Source of the DNA: Harriotta raleighana
Lineage: Eukaryota
Assembly: GCA_050575255.1 (NCBI GenBank)
Contig: JBNZDD010013721.1
Location: 6,144,548 to 6,208,547 of the forward strand
DNA length: 64,000 nt
Direction: 5' to 3'
The notes below the pieces were generated by a model. The model was not told the origin of the DNA and made no database searches. It saw nothing but the letters and a program-made list of their open reading frames with translations. Position 1 is the first letter of the stretch. Every line of letters starts with the position of its first letter. Below are positions 38,611-52,200 of the stretch, piece by piece. A program made the position numbers and the translations under genes.

Positions 38611-39741
38611 GTAGAGTATCATTCCTGTATTCATCGTGCTCCATGAGAAACTGCAGTATTGGTCCCACAAACCAGTTTGGTGGGAGGTCCTGTTTTTTGT
38701 TATTTCACAACAAAGGGGAATAAGGAATCTTGGATAAACCAGCGGGATCAATTTATATAACTTATTATTTCTCACTTCACGAACGTCCTTCATTAACATC
38801 CAAATCACTTCTTAAGGTATTTGTCTAGTTCCTCCTTGGAGGCGGATATGGATTCTTCCTCAAGCACTGCTCCCAGCAGGGCATTTCATAACTCAACTTC
38901 CCTGAGTGAACCAATGTCACATAAATTCCCCATTTGCTCATTCACTAACTATTTTAACCATCTTAAATTGTTGCTTCTTCATCCGGACAGAGCTTCCTAC
39001 ACTCTTAACCAACCTCTGCATGAAGTAATTCACTCCAAGCTGTTTATTTGCTCTCCTCTACCAAATTGAGACCATAAGCCAATGGTGTGGATCCACTGAT
39101 CATATGGAGTAAGGAATTTGGAGTCTAGTTTGCCCGCTTTCAATTTCGGATCAGTCTATTCATTATAAGAGCTTTACAGTCACATAATTCCCATGGGGAG
39201 TATAGAAAAACCAGAGGTTGCTTCTCCTACATTGCTCTTGCGCACCATCTTGTGGCCAGATATAGGACAAACAGTTTCAATATCAATGGAAATACAAAGC
39301 GCTTTGAGTCAACAGATATCCTATATCACTGCATCTGGACCTTGAATACTTGTGAAATTCCCATGCATTATTAGCATAAGAATATGAGGATAAACCAACA
39401 AAAGACCATTCAGCTTTTTCAAGTCCGTTATTATGTTAAGCTTTGAAATGTGAGGAACTCTTATCAAATGAAAGGATCATTTATTACTAAATCATGGCAG
39501 ATTGTGTGATTCCCTCAACCTGTCCTTTTTCTCCTTCCATATTCTTTAATACTCTTACTTCCCAAGTGTTTTTTTATCTCGCTTTTAAACTTTGATTCAA
39601 TTTCTGCTACGTTCCAGGCAGCTTCAAGTGAGGCCAGTCCTGCCTTGTAAAACAAAAACAAAACCTGAACGTGTGTGTGTGTGTATGAGTGTGTCTGTGA
39701 CTTCTTTCTCTCTTCCCCCACCCACTCCATCTCCTGTGCAG

Positions 39742-39864
39742 ATTCAAAGCATCACTGATGAGTCGAGGGGCTCCATTCGCCGTAAATATCCAGCAAATGC
39801 CAAGCTTCACTTGAGCGTCCAGGATGAGCAGGAAGGAAGCTCTGAGGAGAAGCCAGAGGAGGAG
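39742..39864 (+). CDS. SLC12A5: KCC2-specific exon 22 (123 bp): [41 protein letters not shown]
   Basis: cctgtgcag acceptor, gtactc donor; S932/T934/S937/S940-equivalent residues intact. Confidence 0.96.
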
Positions 39865-40039
39865 GTACTCCCACCTCAGTGTCATAGCTTTCTGCCTTTT
39901 ACCCCTTGTAGTTGAGTCATGCACCAACGATCCACAGATGTAGCACATACAGTGATATTTTCATTAAGTTCCTGGGGGGGTGACTCCCTGGGTCTTACAA
40001 ATAGCTGGAGAAGAAGATTGCGCGAGACAAGAAGAAAAC

Positions 40040-40665
40040 CAGGGAGGAGAGGAGACAAAGAGAATTTCTTGTACCCAGAGAGTTGTTACAATGTGGAATG
40101 CACTGCCTGAAAGTGGGGCTGGAAGCAGATTCAATAGCAGCTTTCAAAAAGGCGATTGGCTATGTACTTCAAAAGAAAAAATAAATTGCAGGGCTGTGGA
40201 GTAAGAGCAGCAGAGTGGGATAAGTTGGATAATTCTGTCAAAGAGTTGGCACAGGCCCAGTGGGCCGAATGCCCTCCTTCTGTACTGTAAGATTTCTTGA
40301 ATCATGACCGAATGAATGTTCTCCAGATTCGATGATGGTCAACAAGGAGAAACTATTTCCACTGGCAGGTGGGTCGGTAACTCAAGGACACTGAGTTAAA
40401 ATAGTTGTTAAAAGAAACAGAGGGCAGGTGAGGGGAATTTTTTTTTGGCATCGCGAGTTGTTCGGATCTGAAATACACACCCTAAAAGGTAGCCATTTCG
40501 ATAACAACTTTTAAGAGAGAAGTAGATAATTATTTGGGGAGGACAAGTTTGCAGGGCTATGGGGAGAGAGCGGGAGATCGAGATTGATTTGGACAGTTCT
40601 TTTCAAAGAGCCGACACAGAGATAATGGGCCGAATAGCCTCCTTCTGTGATGTATAATACGATAT
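40040..40665 (+). mobile_element. Two tandem CR1 LINE 3' fragments (~40040-40300 and ~40325-40665)
   Basis: Each has ..CAGAGAGTTGTT..TGGAATGCACTGCCTGAAA (RVV..WNALPE) or a decayed equivalent, and the 3' end GGGCCGAAT.GCCTCCTTCTGT..TGTA. Confidence 0.75.
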
Positions 40666-40893
40666 GAATGTTAAGCAGAGGGTGTGATAGGAAGTCAGGC
40701 TTCCTAGTCTACAGTGTATTCATCTTCTGACTTCTGCCAACAGACTGCAAAGGTGGTCATTTTTCACTTGTCTAACGCATAGATACAAATTGCAATTCAA
40801 TGAAATTCTTTGCATGGGACTTTTGTTTAAAATTCAGTTTCTTATAAGTTACTTTTTTCTGTGTCTCTTTCTCTCATTCTTTCCTCTATTTAG

Positions 40894-41081
40894 GTTCAGC
40901 TGATTCATGACAAAAATGCCTCAACTCTTTCAATACCCTCCCAGTCCGCCACTGATGAGGCAGACACACCCTCAGAGAAGGTTCACATGACCTGGACTAA
41001 AGAAAAGTTTGCGGCTGATAAAAACAAGAATAGAGGGCCAATCACCCCAGAGGAAATCCGGAACCTCTTCAGTATGAAACC
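40894..41081 (+). CDS. SLC12A5: KCC2 exon 23 (188 bp): VQLIHDKNAS..EKVHMTWTKEKFAADKNKNRGPITPEEIRNLFSMKP (T1007-equivalent and ISO-domain region)
   Basis: Strong polypyrimidine tract plus tag acceptor, gtgagt donor. Not in the ORF track. Confidence 0.95.
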
Positions 41082-41454
41082 GTGAGTGAGCGACAACTAA
41101 GACAGGATTGGCACAAGAGGAAAGGGATTGAGGGATCAGCATAGAGCGGAAGGTTTAAGAAAAGCTTAAATCTCTTAGCAAACCAGAATATTTTGTGCAT
41201 ATTGCACTATAAATGAGGTCAGACTGGGTTGACAAATGACAGACAGACAGACATTAATGTGCATGGCTGTTAGATATTTAATAGAGGTTAGATAATGATC
41301 CTGTGATATGATCATATCTAACCTCTGTTAAATGATCTGGCTGACAAATTGCTGACAATTATATGATCTCGCTCACAAATGAAAATTCAAGCAAACATCG
41401 AACAGGAACTGTCAATATTATGAATCTCACTTACTGTCTCAGCAACTGATGTCA

Positions 41455-41815
41455 AGTGTAAGCTTGGCTCAGTTGCTAGTCTGCTTCCCCCTATATCAGA
41501 AGTTTATGGAATCAAGCCTTATTTTGAGTTTATTCTATGGGCTGTCCCCCAGTAATGTAATACTGCAGCCTGCTGCATTGTGGAAGGCACCTTCCTTCAG
41601 TAAAGATTTTAAGCCGAAGTCCCACTAACCCTTAAAGATCCTGTGATTGTAAAACAGAGTTTATTCTGTGCCCCTCGAGACAAATTGGTCTTCATTTCAG
41701 GACTGTCTGTAGGACTTGCTATGCGTAAATTATTTGCCTTGTTTTATACAGTGTCACAAATTCATGTAAAGTGACGTTGTTAGTGCAGTATCGAATGCAT
41801 CAATTATTATTATCT
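41455..41815 (+). mobile_element. Degenerate family B SINE just upstream of the microexon
   Basis: AGCTTGGCTCAGTTGCTAG..TCAGAAGTTTATGG..TGCATTGTGGAAGGCACC..AAAGATCC..CTTGCTATGCGTAAATT..AATTATTATTAT. Confidence 0.55.
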
Positions 41816-41858
41816 ATAACTGGCCTTTCTCTCATATTTATTCTCTCTATGCTTGCAG

Positions 41859-41873
41859 TGAATGGGAGAACCT
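41859..41873 (+). CDS. SLC12A5: KCC2 exon 24, 15-nt microexon (EWENL)
   Basis: gcttgcag|TGAATGGGAGAACCT|gtaagt; phase 2-2, joins FSMKP to NQSNV. Confidence 0.93.
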
Positions 41874-42397
41874 GTAAGTCAACCTTATTATGTATGTATT
41901 AAAAGATCAGGTTTACTTTGCTTAAAGACTGTATCTAAGTGACTCGCATACAGATGAGTAGGATAGTAATTGATTTGCTCTGTGGGTGAATGGCCTTTTC
42001 AGGAGGAACTTACAGGATTTACAGTACTTACTGACACTTTCATTTTATCCATCAATTATTTGCTGTAGACATAGAATATTTCTTAATACAGCACAGAAGT
42101 TTCATTATATCTCTAATGACTCTTTGAAAAAAACAGTTTTGTCCCATTTACTTGCCTCTCCCCATTTCCCCCATATCCCTACAAATTATCACTAAGTTTT
42201 TAAACCTAAATTGTTATCTCAAATGTCCAATGGCACAAGTTAAAGCTACTGATTTACCCTGAAATATATTGATCTGTTTGTTTCTTTCTGTGTTGCCTTG
42301 TTAGTGTGGATATCTGTGTGTGCCAGCATTTGCTTCTGTTATCTGCTCCTTCTGCAATTTACAAATGATAAAAACTGTAACTTCTCTTATCAATCAG

Positions 42398-42531
42398 AAA
42401 TCAGTCCAACGTCATGAGGATGCACACCGCAGTCAAGCTAAATGAAGTCATCGTGAAAAAGTCCCAAGACTCAAAGCTGGTGCTGATGAACATGCCTGGA
42501 CCTCCCAAAAACCGGAAGGGTGACGGAAACT
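42398..42531 (+). CDS. SLC12A5: KCC2 exon 25 (134 bp): [44 protein letters not shown]
   Basis: caatcag acceptor; followed by U12 donor GTATCCTTTC. Confidence 0.96.
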
Positions 42532-43469
<938 letters not shown>

Positions 43470-44957
43470 GCTCCAGTTCACTTGTGCAATGATCCCATCA
43501 CAGCTTTTTATCAGTGACTCCCAGTTTCCTCTCATTGTATAGTGTTTTCCATGCAGCTAAAGAAGCTTCCTATCTGGCTCCTGGTAACAGTTTTGTGAAA
43601 CGTTTTCCTTGATGACGGGATAGGAAGTAGCACTGAAAGGACTAAGAAGGGGAATGCTCACTTACACAGTTTTGTGCATTAAATTACTTTGCTTAGAGTT
43701 GTCTCTTGCTTGTACCTGTGTTTTCAATTGTTCCCAGGAACTCATGATGTCTCTCATTCATGTAGAAAGCTAATTTATCAAGCTACAGTAGAATGGAAGC
43801 CATTATCTACAAAGTAAATTATGTTCTATAAAAAAAGGAAGTTTCCAGTTACAGGAACTATATCTATTTCTCAAACCCACAGCAAATCACTGGAGAGATC
43901 ATTCTGATTCACATTCTGTTCACATCATTGAAAAGGAGTTAAGCTAAGTTAAAATTAGCCGGAGTAGCAATTGTCTGTTTGATTCAACATAATCAGCTGA
44001 AGTGTACATTTTCAAACATATTGTTTCAGAATGAATGGATATTTGAAACAAATATTAAATAATATTAAATAGCCTGCATCAAGATGTCAAGCAAATGTAA
44101 TCAGTTATATGTTACTTAACAAGTTTTGATTACTGTTCGAGGGGAACGTGGCTGGGGAAACAAATAAACTACCAGCAATATGAAGACATTTTCACTGACA
44201 TGAAATGATTTTTCTTCAGATACTTTGAATAAGGAAATGTGAGATATTCCAGGGTGTGTACATACAGTTTTCTAAATCAATTGAGAATCAATAACTTGCT
44301 GGAAGCTGTGAAAAGGGCAGAGTTGTGTTATTGCAGATGTTGCAAATCTTAGAAGAGCACCCATGAAGTAACCATTTATTTCACAGTTTCCAAATTTAAA
44401 CGTTTCAGTGTGAGAGTCTGTTTATAAAATTAAATCTAGGATGAAAAGGTTAGTTCTACGCAGCACATTTCTTTGTCTCATCTTTCTTCAAGATATCACA
44501 TTAATCGTTCGTTATTTGGGTTCAATGTCAATTAATGGATAAGAGCAAAATGTTGAAATCATGGGAAACATTTTCATGTATAATATAAAATGGCGGAAAA
44601 AAACATAACTATGTATTGGCAGCTGACACATTAGGCATTTCAAAAGCTGTGTCTTGTNAAGACGTGAAAAGCATTATATCAAATGCAAGGATTGCCATTA
44701 TTATTATGTCACATTAAACCTGGTTGTTACTTGATTGGCGGATCAGTTTTCCGGGACTAAGAATTCTTCTTAAAAAATGATAAATTGGTCACTTCAATCC
44801 ACAGCTGTTTGTGGGACACTGCTGTACGCAATTGGCTGCTGCGTTTTGCCCACAATATATACTGTCAGTTCACCTTGCAGTACATGCTGTGAAGCTCTTT
44901 GAGATGTCTCAAAGATGTGATGAGGCACTATATCAAATGCAAGGACTATTATTCTAA

Positions 44958-45077
<120 letters not shown>

Positions 45078-48000
45078 GCTCCAGTTCACTTGTGCAATGA
45101 TCCCATCACAGCTTTTTATCAGTGACTCCCAGTTTCCTCTCATTGTATAGTGTTTTCCATGCAGCTAAAGAAGCTTCCTATCCGGCTCCTGGTAACAGTT
45201 TTGTGAAACGTTTTCCTTGATGACGGGATAGGAAGTAGCACTGAAAGGACTAAGAAGGGGAATGCTCACTTACACAGTTTTGTGCATTAAATTACTTTGC
45301 TTAGAGTTGTCTCTTGCTTGTACCTGTGTTTTCAATTGTTCCCAGGAACTCATGATGTCTCTCATTCATGTAGAAAGCTAATTTATCAAGCTACAGTAGA
45401 ATGGAAGCCATTATCTACAAAGTAAATTATGTTCTATAAAAAAAGGAAGTTTCCAGTTACAGGAACTATATCTATTTCTCAAACCCACAGCAAATCACTG
45501 GAGAGATCATTCTGATTCACATTCTGTTCACATCATTGAAAAGGAGTTAAGCTAAGTTAAAATTAGCCGGAGTAGCAATTGTCTGTTTGATTCAACATAA
45601 TCAGCTGAAGTGTACATTTTCAAACATATTGTTTCAGAATGAATGGATATTTGAAACAAATATTAAATAATATTAAATAGCCTGCATCAAGATGTCAAGC
45701 AAATGTAATCAGTTATATGTTACTTAACAAGTTTTGATTACTGTTCGAGGGGAACGTGGCTGGGGAAACAAATAAACTACCAGCAATATGAAGACATTTT
45801 CACTGACATGAAATGATTTTTCTTCAGATACTTTGAATAAGGAAATGTGAGATATTCCAGGGTGTGTACATACAGTTTTCTAAATCAATTGAGAATCAAT
45901 AACTTGCTGGAAGCTGTGAAAAGGGCAGAGTTGTGTTATTGCAGATGTTGCAAATCTTAGAAGAGCACCCATGAAGTAACCATTTATTTCACAGTTTCCA
46001 AATTTAAACGTTTCAGTGTGAGAGTCTGTTTATAAAATTAAATCTAGGATGAAAAGGTTAGTTCTACGCAGCACATTTCTTTGTCTCATCTTTCTTCAAG
46101 ATATCACATTAATCGTTCGTTATTTGGGTTCAATGTCAATTAATGGATAAGAGCAAAATGTTGAAATCATGGGAAACATTTTCATGTATAATATAAAATG
46201 GCGGAAAAAAACATAACTATGTATTGGCAGCTGACACATTAGGCATTTCAAAAGCTGTGTCTTGTGAGCATTCCCCTGCGATGATAATTTTTGTTTGTAC
46301 TGTATGCATTTCAATGTATTGCTGCAAATTATATTAGAGGTATTGGTTTTTGACCATTCAGTGCCCCTTATTGGGGGGGAAATTGATGTCCTATCTGAAA
46401 AAGAGCAAATTATTGGCATAGCATGGGTCTGAATATCATTCATTCAGCAGAGGCACAGTATTGCAACGTGCAGTCAGACACTGGAGCTCAAAAATTATAT
46501 CCCAATGACAATACATTGTTGGAATCAAAACTGAGTCAGATTTTAAATGAAGCACACTGCAACTGCTTATCAAGGCAATTAAAATATAGAATCATACAAG
46601 CTTGATAATCAAACACACATTCTTTTGAATACAGAGATACAGGCTGCTCAGTTATATGGTAACTAAATAACCATCAATCAGATAACCAAATAACCAGATG
46701 AATTTCATTTTCAAGGCATTTTGTCTATTGTTTTTTTTCTCTCTCGTTATTACAAAGAAGAAAAAAAGACCTTTTTTAGTTAACTCCTTGTCAAAAACTT
46801 ATTTTTAAGTTTGTGCTTTTACTGAGGAAAAACTATGTTTTGCTAAGAGATTAGTATTTCGGCGTTTGTGGATGGGAACAAAACAAAGTCATGCTATGCA
46901 TTTTGTAGCCACACTGTGTCACCAAAATGCTTTAGTCTACTTCATTATTTTTCTAATATATATATTACAATAGTGGATTCTTCATATTACTGTCTATTTC
47001 AATAGTTAAATAAAAAACAAAATTTGTGTCTTAAAGTTGGAACTCTGGTTTATTTTCGTAACACATAAATAACATAAGACCATTCTATTTCAATGTCATC
47101 ATATTTTCCCTTCTGATATCATCTCATGCTAGAAAAAAAAATCACATTTTCTTTCAAAGTTGTTTTTGGTTAATGCATCAAAGCAGAACCAAACTTAGTT
47201 GCGAGGCTAGCTCTCACATTCCAAGGCAGATCGACTGTTTAACTATGAAATCATTGGGGCTTTTGGAAACTGGTCAGCAGTGCATGTCTGACCCAATGCT
47301 GTCGGGAGTCTGTTTTCATCTTTATTCTTCGCTGTTGTTTAGGGCAACTGAAATAACCCATGTGAGATCCCGTCACTTTGTTCAGTACTCCTCCACTAGC
47401 ACAGACATGAAGACTCTTTATTTATTGACACTTTTCAAAACAACTGTTATGAAAATTGCAAGTTACTGCATGAAAAAAGTGGTCCATTGCCCCCAAACGA
47501 ATTTCACAATATTTTTCTAAATCTGATTAAACAGCCACATATACAAATACATATACACAATAGAACCAAGAGGTACTTGCCAAGTCTAAAATTGTTAATA
47601 TAGTAACTTTCACTAAACTTTCCAAATGGGGAATAGTTAGAGGGAGGGGAAAAAATCTATTGATTTTCTCAAGCATACAAGGTGTGTTAGATATTACAAT
47701 TTTAAAAGAGGTACATTATGGGATGATTTATAACAGCATCTAGAGGTATTTGCCTCTGTGTTGAGTCATCTCACTTCAGCTTTTGAACTCACAAGACTGG
47801 AAGAGGAACTCTCATATCTGATTGACAAGGTGTCATACAGTAAACTGATAACTCAACACTCTGGGAGAATAGGGCTTAGTGGCAAGTTAGACGTACATAT
47901 AAAAATGCATAAATCAATGCAGCTGGGACAGCATGATGACTTAACTTGACATTGACAAGTTAAGCCAGGGTTGGGTTATCAGGAGTTAACCACTGTGGAA

Positions 48001-49034
48001 TACAGAGATGATGCATTTATGTGTATATGTTTGCCAAACTGTCCATCTCTTGTTTGAATGGACGCTAAATATTTTGGACAATTGTAACAAAATAATCACA
48101 ACTAATGATTTCTTTCTATAATAAGACATGCCTGAACCAACCAATTTGGGAACCATGACTGCCCTGACTTTGGTCCAAAACCCATTTGAAGTAGGGAAGG
48201 ATATGTGCCTGCATTATTTAAGTTTGGGGCTTTATATATTAGCCAAATGCTGTTCTTTCTACTGATGCCTCTGGTCTGTTGCTTTGTAGCAGTTAAATAC
48301 ATGGAGCTTTCGTTCGTCAATTCAGATAACAACAAATCACTCAGAAATCAGCCACTGAATGGTCATTGTCAGATACAGCTAGAAAATTGTATTAAAATCT
48401 ATATTTCAGTCGACTTCTTTAAAAAGAATATACATAAGTTGAAATGATTGTGTTTGGAGCATATATTTTCTGCTTTCGATAGTCCCAAAAAGGTTTATTA
48501 CTTGTGCTAGAAGTTGTAGTTTATCAGCCGTGTTTCCTTTTTTTTAAACGTCTGTTATTTTGAATGCTGCTAATGTGAATGGGAATGTTTGAACCATTTA
48601 CTATGCCATTTACTGCTGTTTTGATGAGTGAAAGGCAGATCTCAGTAGTTTACACTGTAAACATATCACTATGGTAAGACTTATGAGTGTTCTGGGGGAA
48701 TGGATGCTTCTGTACAGTCTCTACTTGTACCTGTCAATGGTAGTGACTAATTTATTTGTATTTAAAGTTATATTGCTAATTTAGGTTCTCAAGTGATGTT
48801 AAACGTTTTAATCAAATGCAAAAAATACAAACAGCTTACTGCTTTCAAATTACATTGATCTTACGACCTAGGTGCAAGTTGTGACAAAAATACATTTTTA
48901 ATTTAAAAAGAAGATCCCTTTTCCCTGTATTTTTCTGAAATACTATAGATATATCCTGGAACACAAGTTCACAAACACAGTTAAGATGTTTCTGTCTGCA
49001 TTTCAAATCCAGCCCAGAATCCACATACTGGTAC

Positions 49035-49245
49035 AGTACATAGAATCATTCAGGCCATCTTGCCTATGGTGGCTTTTTGAAAGAGCTATCCAACAAGTTT
49101 CACTCCCCTGCTGTTTCCCCATAGTACTGCAAACTCTTCCGTTTTAAGTACTTATCCAACTCCCTTTTCAAAGCTGTTATCGAATTTGCTTCCACCACCC
49201 TTTCAGACAGTGCTTCCAGACCATAATAACTTTCTGAGTAAAAAC
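49035..49245 (-). mobile_element. CR1 LINE 3' fragment
   Basis: Reverse complement resembles the CR1 3' ends at 40040-40665 (TTCAGGCCATC..CTCCCCTGCTGTTTCCCCATAG..CTGCAAA..TCCACCACCCTTTCAG on +). Confidence 0.65.
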
Positions 49246-52200
49246 ATTATATGACTCAGGCACTCTGTGATATCGGAATCCTGCTTAAATTTCTGGCTCT
49301 TTAGAAAATGGTAATTTGCTACAAAAAGCAGTGTATCATCAAGTGATCACCCAATGAAGGGATAGTTGAGAGATTTGCCAATTTGTGAAAGTCGTGTTCT
49401 CAGACGGAAGTTTGGAGTGGAGGATTTTTAATTGTTAGAATTCCAACAACTTGCATTTGTATAGTGCCTTTCATGTAGGACAAGGTCTCGGAGCACTTCA
49501 ATATGCAGTGCTTCATAATTCACAGGTATCTTCTTTGTGGAATGAACTGTTTTGCATCCACAATGGGGAATAGAACATGAAATGACATTTACTGCCTCCA
49601 TTTTATTTTGACCGACTGCAAAAACAACAAAAGGTATTGTTGCATTATTGTAGTATGTTATAGTTCTTCTTTGCGCTTCCCCTCTCCAACCCTTGAGAAT
49701 GTCAGAATAAATCGAACGTATTTGAAAAGGAGGATTTTGTTTTCTACAGATCTTTTCTTAAGATCAATAAATGGCCTATTAATTTGTCTGCCAATTAAAA
49801 TACCATATGTTGTTCGTTGCTGGTTTCAGGTTAAGAAACAAGTGAAGCAAACTTCCTGGCAAAACACTCAAAACAACTTTCAGCGATAAGTGTAAATTGG
49901 ACTTGTAATGCAGAAGCTATTCCTATTCACTACAGAGCAGTGCTTATCAATCAATACATGTGTCATAATTTACAACCAATAGATCAGTTTTTGAAGACAT
50001 TGTACCTATTTTGTTTGGTTAACAAAGAAGGGTTGAAAACATTCCTTTAAATAATGAGTTCTGATCCTGGAGATTGCAAGTAGTTTCCCACAGGTAAAAC
50101 ACTGGTATGATTTCTTGAAGTTTGCAATCATAAACGGTGCTCAGCAGCAGCCAACACTTACATGGTGCAATCGTTAGCATTTAATAACTGCTCAAGATGT
50201 TACATTGTCTGTAAGAAAGATATGGATTCATTGAGCAATGTTAGTTAGTTGAATAAAGGTTTGCTACATGTCGAGCAATGAAATAAATACACAGTGAAAG
50301 AGAAACAATAGGATAAAGTCTCTGACTTTTCTAACTATCTCTGGCACTAGTGAATGATCATTAGATGGCAAGGCAACCTCCCAGTGAATGTTTTCTCCCT
50401 TTATAGATCCAACAAATGCCATTGATTTCAAGCTGTTGCATGGTGGGTGAGTGTTATGGGAACTACAGTATATAATTTTAAACTCTAGAATGGCTTTTTA
50501 AGCTTTCTAAATATATATATATATTCTAGGTCTGCTGTGCATCATATAATAGAAATGTAGACTTGTCCCTTCATTGACTAAGACTTTACATATTTAATTT
50601 TAAATTTTAATATATAATATAAATACATTTTAAATTAATATATCTTGTACATCATTGTTTTGTTTCTGTATCACTTTAAATATGGAAAAATGTGGTTGAT
50701 TCTTAAACTCAATTTTAATTTGGAAGAAGCCAAGTTTTTTTAAGAATTGTGGAAAACTGGCTGTGAAATTGAATCCATAATTCTACATATTTTTTAAATT
50801 AAGACAAAAGGCAGCCGACTGGATGGAATTTCAAGGCTGATAGTGTGTTTTTGTGTTATGATAAATTTTATGAGTTAAAGGTTTGATGCATAAGGTTTTA
50901 TTAGTAAAAAAAATCTCACAATTGAACGAAATATTAAAGGCTGTAAAATAATGTTTTAAAGCACTGAGGTACTTAAAGGATTATATATTTGATAGCTTTT
51001 ACGTGCATGTGGCCAATAAAAAGGATACTGTCTTAAAGTTGTAATCATGGTACTAGGGCTGGAACAAACCATTAAAAAATGTTTGTTCAGAATAAGCAAT
51101 ATCTTGCTGACATCCTCAAAACCTTTCACTGTTTCTAAACTCATTTTGTGACATTTTGTATGTCACGAGATACAGATAGTCTTACAATTTTGCAATGGAT
51201 CTTGAATTTCCCATAACATGTGCCAAACACATAAGAGTCCGAGTAATGTTGATTGTCTTCCAGTTTTCTGAGTACATTGCCACATCTTTGATGCATATGC
51301 AACCAATTGCCATTGTTTTTGGCAATGTCCTTGTGGAGTCCTTGTGCTCAGGAGGTTCTGATCTCAAGAGATTTTGGCTGATTCCCACTGCCTCATATTA
51401 AGGATCACCTAATGGAACAGAAGACTTGGTCCTTCATTGAATAAGTCTAGAGATAAACCATTGATTCCTTTGTGTCCCATTTGTATATAGTGAAACAGTG
51501 ACATTTCCTTGAGGGAATCAGCTTGGCACAAGTCAGTTGGATTCCCAACCACTAACCCACCAAGCTGGGTTTCACTTATGCACAATCATTTTGCAAATCT
51601 CTACATGACAGGACTGAATTATACATTTCACACGTGAAAGAGATGACCTTTGATATTGCAAAAAAAAAACTTTCAAAGAAACCATTATAGCATTTGAAAA
51701 ACACAAAATATTGCGGATGAAACCATTACAGCATGTTGAATAAACAAGAGAATGCGTTTGCTTTTCCCAAGCTTGCAAATTTATGAGAATCATTATTATA
51801 GGATTGTTTCTTTAAAATAAAGCAAATTCTTAGGATGGTTAAGATTATTTGTTAAATTGTTAGATTGTTTAGATTGATAGCTTCATCTAAACAACTAGCT
51901 AATGGTAAAAATCATTGCAGTATTATGGATGTACCTTATGTGGAACGGATATCTAAACGCTCTATCTCTCCTTGTTCCGTTGCTGAGCCATGCTACGGCT
52001 GGTCAGTCTATACTCCACAGCAGAGCTGCCTAGTTCAGGTATCACATCACCAGCCACAAGGGTCAGAGTTGACGCTTTAACAAAATCTGGACATGCATTG
52101 CCTCCATCGCCCAATAGTAGCCTAATAAACTCGGAGTTCACCAGTTGGCAGTTGAAGTGTCAGGAATTGCTCCAATTCATAGCTACAAGTACAATCAAAC

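Noticed and set aside
43484-44180. miR-92-family seed match (GTGCAAT, 43484) and miR-137 seed match (AGCAATA, 44174) in the 3' UTR
   Set aside because: 7-mers are expected by chance in an AT-rich multi-kb UTR; the first is only ~14 nt from the stop, and conservation cannot be assessed here.
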